This document shows positions 46,701 to 59,594 of a stretch of 64,000 nt of DNA, one piece after another. Source of the DNA: Felis catus (Eukaryota); the NCBI RefSeq assembly GCF_018350175.1, contig NC_058382.1, positions 58,592,001 through 58,656,000 on the forward strand. Direction: 5' to 3'. A program made the position numbers and the translations under genes. The notes beneath the pieces were generated by a model. It was not told the DNA's origin, searched no databases, and saw only the letters and a program-made list of their open reading frames with translations. How positions within the stretch are numbered: the stretch's first letter is position 1; each line of letters starts with the position of its first letter.

Positions 46701-49700
46701 TTGTGTGCATCCCCCGCCTCGTGTCATTTTCAGGACGGCCCCTGAGCGATGGCGGCCCCGTGACCACGTCCACCTTACAGGCGAGGAAACCCAGGCAGAC
46801 GGGCGCCAGCCCCTGGCCTGCAGGCCCGCCGCTGGTGAAAAGGTGGAGCCCCCCGGGGACACGAGGTCATGGAAGCAGCCGGCTCTTCCCTCGGGGGTCA
46901 GTGAGTTTTGACGGATAGCACTTGGCACACGCTGGGGTTTTCGTGAACGTGGTCGATGTTTGTTCCTGGGTTAATACCTCCAGAAAGTTGGTTCTTGTTA
47001 AGATGTGAGGCCAGGAACGGTGACATTGCCCAAGAGCCAGATTCCCTTGGAGCTAAGCTTCCTGGGAAGTCACACGATCGGCCTCCTGATTCCCTGGTGC
47101 TCAGAGGGCCCCGTCCTTTGCGAGGAGACACCCGCCTTGCTCCTGAACGGACCGCAGCGTTTGAGCTGTAATAAAATAAAAGGCCTGTTTTTACCGGCTT
47201 CACCGATAACTCACACGGAGCTCCTGTGCGTCCGTCCGTCTGGAGCGTCCGTCACCCCAAACTCAGTGTTTGCACAGGCCACCAAAGCAGACGGACTTGG
47301 CTCACAGGACTTGGCGGGCCGAGGGACAGGCCCAGGCCCCGAGGGCCAGGTGGGGGAGCAGACCCCAGGTCCCTTTTTTGCAGCATCTGGGCAGAAAGCG
47401 GAGGGAAGGGCTGAATCCGCGCTCCGTCTCTGTGGCGGCCGTGCCCGGCCCTACCCTTCCTCTACGCGCTTGCCCTATTGTGCGGCTTCCCTGGCACCCG
47501 GGCAGGCTTCGCTTGCCTGCCATGTTCTGGAAAAGGCGTTCTCACATTTTTCTTCCAGGACGGCCTCAAACATAAACAGTCCGCGATGGTGGGCATCCGG
47601 CCTCCGGGGTCCCACCGGTTCTATCCGGCGTTTGTCATTTCCCCGGAGACGGCTGGGGACGAGCGGACGGTCCGCTGTTTACTCGCCGTGGCCACGTGAC
47701 TCTCGCACGTCCATTTCATAACGGGAGCACGTGAGGCTCGCTCTGTCTCGCTTCCCAGGAAGTTCACGGCCTGAAGGTGGAGTGCTGCTTCTGACCGACT
47801 TTGGGGGTTCGGGGCACGGGAAGCCCTGGCCAGCTCTCCCCGGGGGCGGGGTCTGAGACAGCCCTGCCCACGCCGTGGTGGCCAGCTCGCCTCCTCGTCC
47901 AGCGTCGTGCCTTTGGTGGCTCGGCCCCCTCGGGATTGAGCGGGACCCCTATGAATGCGTGCAGGGGGTCGGCAAGAAGCTCAGGGTCCAGCCGTGTGAT
48001 CTCGGAAAAACTGCCGAGAGCCGGGCTTGCCGAGCCCCACGCTTCAAAAGCCGGCCGCCTCGAGGCAGCACGTGCATCCGCGTGGGCGCGTACACGGCGT
48101 GGGCCGACGCGTGTGACGCTCCGGAGTCTGGGGTGCCCCCTGTGCACCCCAGAGAGCAGCACGCCTGCAGGGTAGCAGCAGGTGGGCTCTGGGGAGCCCC
48201 GCAGGTCTGCACGACGACGGGTGGGGTGGGCCGGCTCCCCGGGGCCATCCGTCACTTGGCGGGCTGACAGGGTGTCAGCGGGGCCTCAACAGGAGATAGC
48301 ACAGGAAAAATGGCCCGGACAGACGGTGCGTTTATCTGGCCGGGTGTCTGCGAGGCCTGTCGGAGCGGCGGCCCGTCCATTAGTCAGACCGGCTGCAGCT
48401 GTCCCCCCCTGGGGCCCCCGCTCCTGTCCCGGGCCCCTCCCCCCGCACCCGCCCGGTCAGCTCCGGCTCCTGGGGAGGCTCCTGTCCAGGATGGCGATGG
48501 CGCGCATCTGTGCGGGGGCGGGACAGGTGAGTCGCACGTCCTCTGGGCACGGTTCCCACTCTTCCGAGGACCGGGGTGCGCCGTGCGGTTCAATGCAACA
48601 AAGCGACCCTGTTTTGTAAGCTCATCGCTGTGGGAGGGTTGGTCCCTCTGCGGGACAGGGTCGCCGTCATCGTCGTCCAACTCCCGTGTCCGCCCTGCTT
48701 GGTGAGTCTCAGATATCGCTGAGTGGGCAACGGTGAGCACACAGCTGGCTTCCCGGTTGAAGAATCCCGGAGAACGAAAGGCTAGGTGTGTCAGGTGCAG
48801 TTCCCCAGGGCCGGTGTCCCAGGTCAGAGGGTGTCGGGGGTGGGGTGGGGTGGGCAAGGGGCCCAGCGTCCCTCCTCGGGCTCACTCGGCGAGCACGTGT
48901 CTTGAACAACTCCTGGGGCCTGGTGCTGGCCCCTGAAGGCAGGACGAGGGGGCAGCAGGACTGGGGGAGGGCAGCCCCACGGCTCCTGCACAGGGGGGCC
49001 CCTGGCGTCGCCCAGCCCCCGTGGGATAGCCCCATCCCCGAGGGCTCTCTGGGCTGTCTGTAGCCAGGGCAGCTGGCCTCTGGCCGGGGACACCTGCTCT
49101 CACAGGGGCCACATCGGACACGTCCCGGCCTGGAGGGTCTCTGACGGACTTCCTCTCCCAGTTGGAGGGGGCAGCCGGGGGCCAGACCTCCCGGCTCCCC
49201 TGTGGGTGACCTCCACGTGCCTCAAGGAGGTGACGCCCCGCAGCCAAGCCGATGAGTAATGATAACAAGCGGCGGGTCTCCTGCACTGCATGCTGCGCCC
49301 TCTACAAACACCCTTCTTCACTCTGACCCCGTGAAAGCGGTCGTCAACTCCACGGCGCAGTCCAGGGAGCCAGGGCTCCGAGCACACCCCGCGCGCAGCC
49401 CCAGGGCCGGCTGCCGGCGCTGGCATCCCCTCTGCAGGATACGTGGGACGGGGGCGCCTCCAACCTCCCAGTGCCTCCCATCCGGGAGCGCGGCCTCTCA
49501 GCACCCCCAGGGCGGGGTCCGGGGACCCCACTCCGAGCAGTGAGTCTCTGAACTATTTAACGCACCCTGGGGCAGTGGGGTCCAAAAAAGCTGCCTCTTT
49601 GCCTCTATCTTGGAACCAGAACGTGCCCAGCACAACCTGCCGGGTCAGCCTCCCGCAGGTCGAGCGTCCGAGGGGGAGCCTGTGCTGTGTGGGGTATTTT

Positions 49701-51744
49701 GCACCTGCCACAGCTCGGCACCCGCGAGTTTGCAGGCCCGGAGGGCACTCATGCAGGGTGGCTGCGGGCTCCAGAGACACCGCGGTCAGCGCTCAAGGTC
49801 AGCTGTTCTCTGTGCCCGGCACACTGCTCACTTCCTCCTGCTTCTACATCGCTCAGCTCCTGGCCCGCCCGGCTTCTTCCACCGAGCTCCTCCAACCTCG
49901 CCAGCCTCTGCCCACTGCCCCGTCCCAAGCCTGTTCCCGAAGTCCCCGCTTGCACATCTCCAGGTGTGTTTGAAGCACTTCCTGTGTCTGAGAATCAGAC
50001 AAGACTCCGCTCTCGACGGCCCCGGCGGTGGCGAGAGCCCCTGGCCGCCCACCGAGTCCTAGGGTGATGCCTTGTCTGTGTCGGCACCAGCCCTGGAGAC
50101 CTGCCTGGGGTCCTGGCGAGGACACCGGGGCTCCCAGAGGTGGGCACCCCCACCCCCCCGGAAGACGCGCCCTCAGTGTCCACAGATACTTTGGGGCTTT
50201 GAGTCACGCCCGGTGGACTGGCTTTCTCTCCAGGTCTGATTTTGCCACACGTGGGGTCATGTCAGGAAGGGAGAGGCTCGGGGGACATCTGTGCAGTGCG
50301 CAAGGTTGGTCAGGTGCAGAGTGGGTGGCGTTTGGACCCAGGCCTGCTCCCCAGCAGGAAGCCAAGTCCATACTCACAGGCCACCTCCTGGGGGACCCCT
50401 GGGCTCTCCTGAGGCGCCTGAGTCCGTGCCCATAACTGGTCTCTGCAAAACGGGAACAAGGCAGACGGCAAGGCTGTTTCTCCTCGGCCGGGCTGCGAGG
50501 CCCAGGAGAAGCCTCGCTGGGGCGGCTTTGGCCCCTCCGTCTGCCAGATGGGGGTCTCGGTCCCCGAGCTGCTCTGCGGTTCCCTCCAGGTGTCCAGTGT
50601 GAAGGCGTTCCGGAGGAGCCCGGTGGCCTCGTTCCAAGGGCTTTGTTTTTCCCAGGCAGCGAGGCTGTCGGCGGAGCCCCGCTAACTTGACCCCAGAACG
50701 CGGCGCGTTATCAGCCCATCTCTGCAGCCAGGGCGAGGCCTGAGTTATGGCGGGGAGGTTATCGAGGACCGACAGTAGTCCCAAGCCAGGGCAGCAGGGT
50801 CGCGGGGTTAATGGGCAAAGGTCAGCGCCCACCAGGGCTCCATGTGGGATGGATTAAGTCATCACCGGGCTTCGTGGCGGGTGGCCCGTGGGCGGCCTCG
50901 GCCGCTGCTGGCCCAGCCTCTGTGGACGCCACCCCCCTGTGATCACAGGGCTCCCATCCCTGACGGTGACTCGATTTTCGTCTGGGAGCAAAGAACTAGC
51001 AGACTCTGTTCGGAATCAGGATGCCCCTAATTCCGGCAGATCTGGGGTCCACCTTGCAGGCGCCGCGATTTAATGCAGCTGTCGAGATCATGTCGCACAT
51101 GCGGGCACTTGTGTGAGGCCCGGGAGGCGGCGCTGCCGACCCGGGGCAGCCTGACCGGGTTTCGTCTGGCGGCGGGCGAGTGCCCGCAGGGCTTCAGGGG
51201 GAGGGGTGATGGCCTCCTCCCTGGTTTTCTCCTACTCACGAGGATCTCCAGGTCTCCGTCTCTCGAAGGCCTCTGTCGCCTGGTGTCCAGTCCGCAGGGG
51301 CAGCCTGGAATCCTACCAACGAAGCTGGAAGCCCCGGGCTTCTCCGCAGACCCCGAAGGCCCAGGCTGGGAACCCCCCGCCCCCGAGACTTCAGGCATCC
51401 TCTGAGCACGCGGCCCTGTGGAACTTTCCAGGGCCTTTGTGTTGGCCGCCGAAGGCACGTCCCCAGATCGCAGGTTGGAGGAGGCTGCGGAGCAGAGGCC
51501 CCGGGGTGGATCCAGAGGGGAGGGGAACGGAGACGATCAGGACTCTGGTGTCCCTCCCCCTGTGCCCTGGCGTGGGGTTAAGGTCTGTTCTCTGTTAGAC
51601 ATGGGCGGGCCGCGAGGGACTTGATGAATAAGCATGAGGGGGACGACGCCCACCGCTGTGTCCCCGGTGCCAGACCAGGGGCCCCATGGCAGCTACTCCA
51701 CACACGCTTGTCCACTGGAGGCCACCTGCCCTTTTCCGAGCTGC

Positions 51745-52165
51745 CCACGTGTCCTGCAGGTGCCCTAACGAAGCCGGGGGCGAACAACACGGAGACCTAG
51801 TCTGTCACACTTCAGGAGGGCAGGGCTCTGAAGCCGAGGTGTCACGGGGCCGCGCGCCCTGTGGAACCCCAGGGGAGGGTCCTTCCTGCCCCTTCCAGCT
51901 CCTGGGGGGCCCCCGACACCCCCTGGGCTCTGGCCGCGTCCTCCACTTGTGCCTCCCTCCTCATGTGAACTGTCCTCCGTCCGTGTCCTCACTCTCCCTC
52001 TGTCACTGGATTTAGGCTCCATCCCAATGTTTTGGGATGACGTCATCTCAGGACCTTTAACTTCATCGTGTCTGCAAACACCCTTTCTTCAGATATGGTT
52101 GCATCCACGGGCTCTGGGGGGTCAGGACGTGGACTCGTATCTCTGGGGGCCATGAGCCCACGACG
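51745..52165 (-). mobile_element. MLT1C/D-like MaLR LTR
   Basis: aggtgtcacggggcc...agggggagggtccttcctgccccttccagctcctgg...gtcactggatttagg...tctgcaaacaccct. Confidence 0.75.
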
Positions 52166-54569
52166 CGGGCCAAGCCCTCTTTTCCTCAGGACGGCCCTCA
52201 CTCACCCTCCGTGCGAGAGGAGGCAGCCGAACCCAGGGCCCTCTGGGCTCTGCCGAGGTCACGGGCAGCAGGTGACGGGGCCCGGGTCGGGGGGCCGCTG
52301 ACGCATTTCTCACGTGCTGGCCACCTCTTGGCCGAGATGTCTTCCTCGGCTCCCGCAGGGTGTGGACGGATGCTGGAGGTGGGGAGGCCTGGGTTCCTCC
52401 TGCATCCCTCCCCCTCACGCAGCCGCTTGCGCGACGGTCACGAGGCACGGCGACGCGGAGGCCGGGCCGGGGAGGCCCGCTGGGAGGCCGGCAGCGTGAG
52501 GCCCGGCGGTGCTCTCTTGCAGGCCGTCTCCTCACTCGAACCCTCGGGTTTTCATTCCTGCCTCGGGGCAGCGGCGAGGATGAAGTGTGGAGAGCTCCCG
52601 GAAGTACCTGGCCCGGTGCCAGGGGCACGCACGCGTGGGCGTGCTGTTATCCTGCGATTACGGTCGCGGCGACTAAGCAGAGGCAGTTACTGCCGTGATG
52701 ACGTGCAGACCAGCTCTGGCCCCGGGCCCCTCGAAGAGCTGTGCATTTATGACCCATGTGTCTTCCCGGAGACCCTCCGAAGGTAAGGGCTCGCCCCATT
52801 CCACGGTCGAGGAAGCGGAGACCCGTTTGCTCACTCCCGACGCGGCTCTGTCTGGAGGACCCCGCCTCGGTCTACCACCTCACCCCTAGACCCTGCCCCC
52901 TCTCGCCCTGTGATGGCGATGCTCCTAGAGTAGGTCCGATGGGGGCCTTTCTTGCCCGGAGGGAAGTGAGTGTTGATTCCTCGATCCCTCTGCCCCCAGC
53001 ACCACCTGCCCGAGCCCGTGAGAGGGGAACTACTGGGGGTCCAGGCACGTTGGGGTGGATGGGACCCCCCCGGGTTGCTCGAGATCCAGGAATGGTGCTG
53101 CCTTTGGAGTGAGGCCACGGCCTTGGGGGGCCCGTCTTACCAGGACACAAGAAGCCGGGACGATTCTGGGGACAGAATTTTCAGGACACGGGAAAACTCT
53201 GGGGCCTTGGAGCAAATGCAGGGGCCCAGGCTGCCCTCGGATGGGGGGCCACAGATGCACCTGCTGCCCCCCGTGGGGAAGCTGCTGTTTGTTCAAGGCT
53301 GGGCTCCCGCTGGGCCCTGGAGCTCTGGCCTCCCCACCTGTGGCCTTGAACAAACCACATCTCTCACCTTCCCCAGGTCTCTTTTCCTATTTCTGCAAAA
53401 CGGGACTTGGTAATGGCCCCTTAGAGCACCACTGGGGAGCTCCATGAGGAAGCCCCCCCGCCCCCCCCCCCCCCCCCCCGCAACACCTTCACATCCCGTA
53501 AAAGCCTTCGTGGAAAAACCCGGTTTGCAGTCAGTGTTTGGGCAAGCCGCACACTATTCTCCTCGACCCGCTGGAGAGTCCCGGGCCCCTCCTGGAGCCG
53601 CCGGCAGGGAGACAAACCTTGGACACCTGTGTGGGACCCACAGCCTCCGCACTGGGGTATCTGGGGTGGGACAAGGGTCGGGATGGGGCAGGAGGAAGAG
53701 TTACAAGTCATTTTGTGAATTTAGGAGCAACCGAACAGATGACAGGGCTCCGCGGAGAGAACACAGGCCCGGGCTGTTTCGCATCTCCCGGCTGTAGGAA
53801 GGGGCACCAGGGGGGTCGGGACAGGTGGAGTCTCGGGCTCCGGAGTCTCTGAAAGCCTGGCCGGACCCGTCTGGTTGTGTTTCGGACCTGCCACCGCATC
53901 CACTGCCCTCTGTCAATGTCGGTGGCCATTGGGAACCATTGCGTTGTGTCCCCACACGGTCACCCACCGTGTTCACCACCATCGCTCCCCGGCCGAGGCA
54001 CCGCTCTGTCCTGACAGGGTCACACGGCCGCCTGCTGGCATTCCTCTCCCTGCCCCGACCTCCCCAGGAAGGGCTGGGCCCGCCGCCCAGGTGATGAGAA
54101 AAGACCACGCGTTGAGACAGCACCCCCCAATTGTCCAAGCCGATGTGACGTGCCCTGTGTCCCTCCTTGGTTTTCTGACTGCGCACCCACGAACCCCCTA
54201 CTCTTTGTGACAAGTGACCCTCAGTCACAGCGGGTCACAGTGACTCACTGCAAACCAGGCCGACGGCCCCCTCCCCTTCTCCATGCGCCCGAGGCAGGAC
54301 AGGGCCCCCCGCTGCGGCCCTGGGGCACCCCAGGTGGACAGAGCAGCCACCACCCGGACGCCAGCCCCCGTGCCCGAGGGAGGTGGGAGCCTGGGGCATC
54401 ATACCTGTAACGAGATGTTCCATTGAGACGAGTGACACACGGCACTTTGGCTCACAATGTAGTGGCGGAAGTAGTCCTGGGACCCATCCCGGCGCGAGGG
54501 GGTGGAAGTGCGAGCCTACTGTCCGCGTGCTGCAGGAGGGAAGGCCTGGAGGTGTCCCGTGAAGACACA

Positions 54570-54800
54570 GATGACCGCGGCCTTGAGTCTGACCCGGCAC
54601 TTGCACGTTGGCGGTTAGCGAGCACGTAGGTGGAGGGAGGGCCGGCCAGCACGGGCGTCCTGGGTGGCGCGGGGCAAGCCCCTCACCGTCTCTGGGCACC
54701 CGGCCCTCCTCTGTAAATGGAAAGAATGGGGCCTTGTTTCTCCTTCTGTGCCCCAAAGCACCAGGCCTTGTCGCCTGTCTGGATGAGGACAGGGAGATAC
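54570..54800 (+). mobile_element. MIR SINE
   Basis: ggggcaagcccctcaccgtctctgggcacc..cctcctctgtaaatgg...ggatgaggac. Confidence 0.5.
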
Positions 54801-55933
54801 GAGCCGTGCAAACGCGCAGAGCGCCGAACGGACAAGATGAACGCGGAGGGTGGCCAGTGAGAGGGGGTGACCCAAGAGACTCACCGGCTTAAAACACAAG
54901 GAAGCATTTTTATCCTGGACTAACTTTAGATTTATACAAGCGTTGCAAAGATAACTCCAGGAGTTCCCATACGCTTTTCACTCCGTTTCCCCAAATGTTG
55001 TCCCCTTTCACAACCATGGGACGTGGGCCAGCACAACAAGGTTCCAGCTGGGACATTATCATCAACTAAACTACAGACTTTGTCCAGATTTCACCCTTTT
55101 TTCCATTAACTTTTTTTTTTTATCTGCCCATCACCCAGCGCCACACAGAACAGCCCTACCATCCCCAGAGTCCCCTGCGTGTGTCCCCTTAGCCCCGAGT
55201 CACGTCCCTTCCCTAAGTCCCTGCGACCGCTTATCGGTTTTCCATGCCATAAGTTTTCCTTTTCCGGACTGTCATATAAATGGCATATGTAATAGGTAGC
55301 CTTTTGGACCTGATTTCCTTAACTGAGCAAAACACGTGTGAGTGAATCCTGCCACACGAAGCAGGAACATTCCTTTCCATTGCTGAGTGGTATTCCGCCA
55401 TATGGGCGCCCTACGCTTTACGCGTCTGTCGCCGGACGTCTTTGTTGCTTCCGGTCTTGGGCAAATAAAGCTGCTATAAACACTCACATAAATGATTGTG
55501 TGTAAACACGAGTTTTCGACTCAATATAGTGAGGGTTTAACTTTATAGGAAACGGTCCAACTGTCTTCAGGGGCGACTCTACCGTTTTGTGGCATCGGCG
55601 AGAAATGAGAATTCCCACCAGGTTTCTGGATTTTGGCCATACTAATAGACATGTAGTGATATTTCATTGTGGTTTTCATTTGCATCTCCCTAATGACCAC
55701 TGATGTTGAGTATTTTTTCATAGGGTATTTATCATCCATATATCTTCTTGGTGAAGTGTCTGTTCAGACCGGTTGCTCATTTTTAATCCGTCTGTTTGTT
55801 TTCTTCTTGCTGAGTTGTAAGAGTTCTTCATATATTCCAGATACAAGTTCTTTTCTTCTTCTTTTTTTTTTTTTATCAGATATCTGCTCTGGAAATATTC
55901 TTTCCAGATCTGTTGTTTGTATTTTCATTCTTT

Positions 55934-56141
55934 AAAAAAAAAGGTTTTTATTTATTTATTTATTTAGAGAAAGAGAGAGAGTGGCGGAGGGGCACAGAGA
56001 GAGGAAGTGAGAGAATCCCAAGCAGGCTCCACACTGCCAGTGCAGAACTGGACATAGGGCTCAATCTGAGGAACTGGGAGATCATGACCTGAACCAAAGT
56101 CAAGAGTTGGATACTTAACCTACTGAGCCACCCAGGCACCC
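55934..56141 (-). mobile_element. Can-SINE, older and CpG-decayed, with 14-bp TSD
   Basis: gagaatcccaagcaggctccacactg variant; TSD tattt(t/c)cattcttt at 55920 and 56145. Confidence 0.95.
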
Positions 56142-56170
56142 TTATATTTCCATTCTTTTAACAGTGTCCT

Positions 56171-56337
56171 GGGGGGCCTGGATGGCTCAGTCAGTTAAGT
56201 GTCCGACTTTGGCTCAGGTCATGGTCTCACAGCTCGTGGGTTTGAGCCCCATGTTGGGCTCTGTGCTGACAGCTCAGAGCCTGGAGCCTGCTTCAGATTC
56301 TCTGTCTCCCTCTCTCTCTACCCCTCCCCTGCTCGTG

Positions 56338-56373
<36 letters not shown>

Positions 56374-56395
56374 AATAAACAACAACAACAAAAAT
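56171..56395 (+). mobile_element. Can-SINE
   Basis: ggggggcctggatggctcagtcagttaag...(CT)n aaaaataaac. Confidence 0.96.
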
Positions 56396-57096
56396 AGATT
56401 CAGGGTCTCATCCCTATAACTCCTAGGGTGGAGTGTTAATGATCCATTTGGAGTTACTTTTTGGGTAAAGTGTGAAGTGTGTGTCAGTTCTTTGTGCATC
56501 TTGACCTTTTGTCTCGTGATCTTGCTAAGCTCATTTATTTATTCTGGAACTTAAAAAAAAAAAGATTCTCTGGGATTTTTCTAAATAGATAATCATGTCA
56601 CCTGCAAATACAGGACAGTTTTATTTCTCCTTTTTCAATCTGCATGCCCTTTATTTCTTTTTCTTACCCGATTGCATTGGCTGGGGCCTCCAGTGTGATG
56701 TGAACGAGGGAATTGACAGAGGACATTCTTGTCGTGTTCCGGCTCCTGGAGGACTAGAACTCAGGCTCTCACCGGCAAGTCTGATGTTAGCTGTAGGGTT
56801 TGAAGACCCTTTTACCAGGGTCAGGAAGTGCCCTTGCATTCCTGGTTTTCCGACAGTTTCTTTTTGGTCGTGAATAGAGGGTGTATTTTGTCAAATGCCT
56901 TTTCTGTATCTACTAAGATTATCACGGTTTTTCTTATTTAATCTATTAATGTGGTAAATCACATTCGCTGATTTTCAGACTCACTGAATTTTTGATGAAC
57001 TAAAAGAGACACTTTTAAATGCTTCATGTGCTGGTTATTACTAACGGTTTCTAGGCCTTTCTGGTTGAGTGACCTTTTTTTTTAAAGATACCTATG

Positions 57097-57320
57097 GTTT
57101 TTTTTTTAAACATTTTTTCAATGTTTATTTGTCTTTGGTGAAGAGAGAGACAGAGTGTGAGCAGGGGAAGGGCAGAGAGAGAAGACACAGAATCTGAAGC
57201 AGTTTCCAGGCTCTGAGCTGTCAGCACAGAGCCCGACGCGGGGCTCAAACCCACGCACCGTGAGATCGTGACCTGAGCCGAAGTCGGACGTCTAATCGAC
57301 TGAGTCACCCAGGCGCCCCC
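57097..57320 (-). mobile_element. Can-SINE
   Basis: T-tail, cagaatctgaagcag...gagccgaagtcggacg...caggcgcccc. Confidence 0.96.
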
Positions 57321-57655
57321 TCCCCATTTGGGGGGCTGGGCTGGATGGTCGACTTCCAAAAGTCCCTGCCTTTTTGTGGTGGGGATGTTGGCAAAGCAGA
57401 CAAGAATCATCCTTTTCTGTGGCTGTGCCTCATGCTGATGGTCCGCCAAAGACTTTGCACCCGCTGGGTGTCTGCTGTTTTCCAGACCCCAGGCGGGACT
57501 TGCGAGCATTTCCTCACCGACTTCTTACAGCCACACTAGGAGATAACGCGATCTTCACGCGACAAATGAGGAACTAGGCATGGAGAGGTGAAGTAACCGA
57601 TCACGGCCGAGTGGCGGGGGCGGAAGATGCCACTTTGTAAAAACAACCAGCGGGA

Positions 57656-57971
57656 AGCGCGGTAAGGTCCGGTGGCCGACTAGCCACACGTGGCTCCCTA
57701 GCATCTGGGACGAGACTCATCCAAGCTGAGATGTGCTGTCGGTGTACAAATAAAGTCTGCACTTTGAAGAGTCGGTACCAAAAAAAAACGTGTAAGATTT
57801 CTCATCGGCGATTTTTAATATTGTTTCACGTTAGAATGGGACTTTTGGGTTAAATACAATACAGTCTGGGTGCAAATGGCACCTGCTCCTTTCTTACGTT
57901 TTCGAGTGTGACTGGTGGAAAATGTCACATTACACTCGTGGCCCAGACTTCCTTTGTGTTGCACAGCACTG
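57656..57971. mobile_element. MER33 hAT MITE
   Basis: actagccacacgtggct...ctgagatgtgctgt...ttgggttaaata...cacctgctcctttcttac...gcacagcactg; opposite orientation to the 29161 copy. Confidence 0.75.
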
Positions 57972-57979
57972 TTCCTGGC

Positions 57980-58201
57980 CGGGAGTCGGCAAATTACGGC
58001 TCGTGGGCTCCGCGGGGCCCAGCACCTGTTTTCTGGTTTGTTTTGTTGGTCAAGTTTTGTCGGTACACAGCGCATCCGTTCCTTGACGTACTGTCTCTGG
58101 CCATGTTCACGCTCTGGCCGCCGAGTTTGGCAGAGGCCATGTGACCCCCCCCCCCAACATCTGCCGACTGTCCTTTCACGGTCAAAGTGTGTTGACCTCT
58201 G
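57980..58201. mobile_element. MER58A hAT MITE
   Basis: gggagtcggcaaattacggctcgtgggc...cctgtttt...aagttttgtcggtacacagc...aaagtgtgttgacctctg. Confidence 0.75.
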
Positions 58202-59245
58202 CTCCAGATGAAACTCTGGTTCCAGAGAAACTTGTGGTTCACCGTCTCTGTGCACAGGTGATAGGCCATTTTACCTTTTCTTCTATTCATACCTGTCTTT
58301 TCTGGAGTTTCTGAAATGAAAGCGCCACTTTTGACGATGAGGAGTAAAGACCATCGATGCTTTCTGGTTGCAAAAGAAGAAATTATGCGACGGGGAAGCA
58401 GGGGTGTGGTGGGGGCTGCCGCGGAGAACGAGGGATCCCTGGTGGACCCGAGCTTCTCCCCGGGAAGCCTCGTGCGTGGGCAGCAGTCCAAACACGCTCT
58501 CCCGTCACAGGGGGCTGTGTATGCAGGGGTGAGGAGGGGTGCAGGGGCCGAGCAAGCCAGTCTGCCAAGGCGGACCCAAGGAGGCTGGGCGGTGCAGCGT
58601 GGGGGGCTCGGGAAGCCAGGCCCATCTGGTTTGCATTAGGTTTATAAGGTTGATAGCAAATAAGGGTATTAGAGCTAATTTACTTATTTAGAGAAAGAGG
58701 ACTCAATCCCAGAAACTGATTGGGACGGAGCAGAGATGCCCCACGGGAGGAGGGGCCTGCCACGCCAACCCAGTGCGGAGACTGGTGTCACATGAAAAAT
58801 AGCCCTGCAATCCTGTGTGGCCTCGGGGCGGGGCTGTGGAACTTGCCACCCCCACCCCTGCCGGGACACACGTTCCCGGACAGGATCTCGGCCCCTTGGA
58901 GGAGAGGTCCCACAGCAGTCCCCGGACGCAGGGAGGCTCCAGGGCGACGAGGAGCACGGAGCCTCTCTCGGGGCCCAGATCCCCTCGCCCAGAGACGTCG
59001 GCCGTCTGGATCCCCGGGTCCGGGTCCCCAAGACATCGTGAGAAGCCCGCGGCCTGCAGGCCACATGCTATGCTTCCCGGCACCCCAGTGGCTGCCCAAA
59101 GCCCTGACCCATTTCCCCCAGGCCGGGAAGAAAGTCCCGGTGACTTCCCGGTGGGGGCTCCCGCCGCTGGAGCTACAGCTTTCCTTGGGGGCAGCTCTCC
59201 CTTTAGCCCGGTTTTCTGGAAAGTACCCAGGCTTCAGAATCAAAG

Positions 59246-59594
59246 TCCTTCCTCCCTCCATCCTTCCTTCCTTCCTCCCTCCCTCCTTTCTTCTCTCCCA
59301 TCTTCCTTTCTTACTCCTTTCCTTCCTCCCTCCCTCCCTACTTCCTTCCTTCCTTCCTCCCTCCTTCCTTCCTTCTCTCCCTCCTTCCTTCCTTTCTCCT
59401 TTCCTCCCTCCCTCCTTCCTTCCTTTTTCCTTTCCTTACTTCCTCCCTCCCTCCTTCCTTCCCTTCTTCCTTCCTTCCTTCCTCCCTCCCTCCCTCCTTC
59501 TTTCTCTCCCTCTTTCCTTCCTTTCTCCTTTCCTTCCTCCTTCCTTCCTTCCTTCCTTCCTTCCTTCCTTCCTTCCTTCCTTCCTTCCTTCTCT
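59246..59594. repeat. Complex (CCTT/CCCT)n polypyrimidine tract, ~350 bp
   Basis: Almost pure C/T, ending in perfect (TTCC)n. Confidence 0.98.

Larger units (their letters stand above)
54905..56990 (-). mobile_element. Old LINE-1 (L1MC/L1M) fragments: 3' UTR, ORF2 C-terminus and RT pieces; two SINEs inserted
   Basis: ORF 55521-55739(-) MKKYSTSVVIREMQMKTTMKYH matches L1 ORF2 MKKCSSSLAIREMQIKTTMRYH; ORF 56651-56839(-) PTANIRLAGE...GTRQECPLS matches the L1 RT motif PTANIILNG...GTRQGCPLS. Confidence 0.92.

Noticed and set aside
47170..47181. Overlapping AATAAA polyadenylation signals
   Set aside because: No upstream terminal exon or transcript evidence; the hexamer alone is uninformative.
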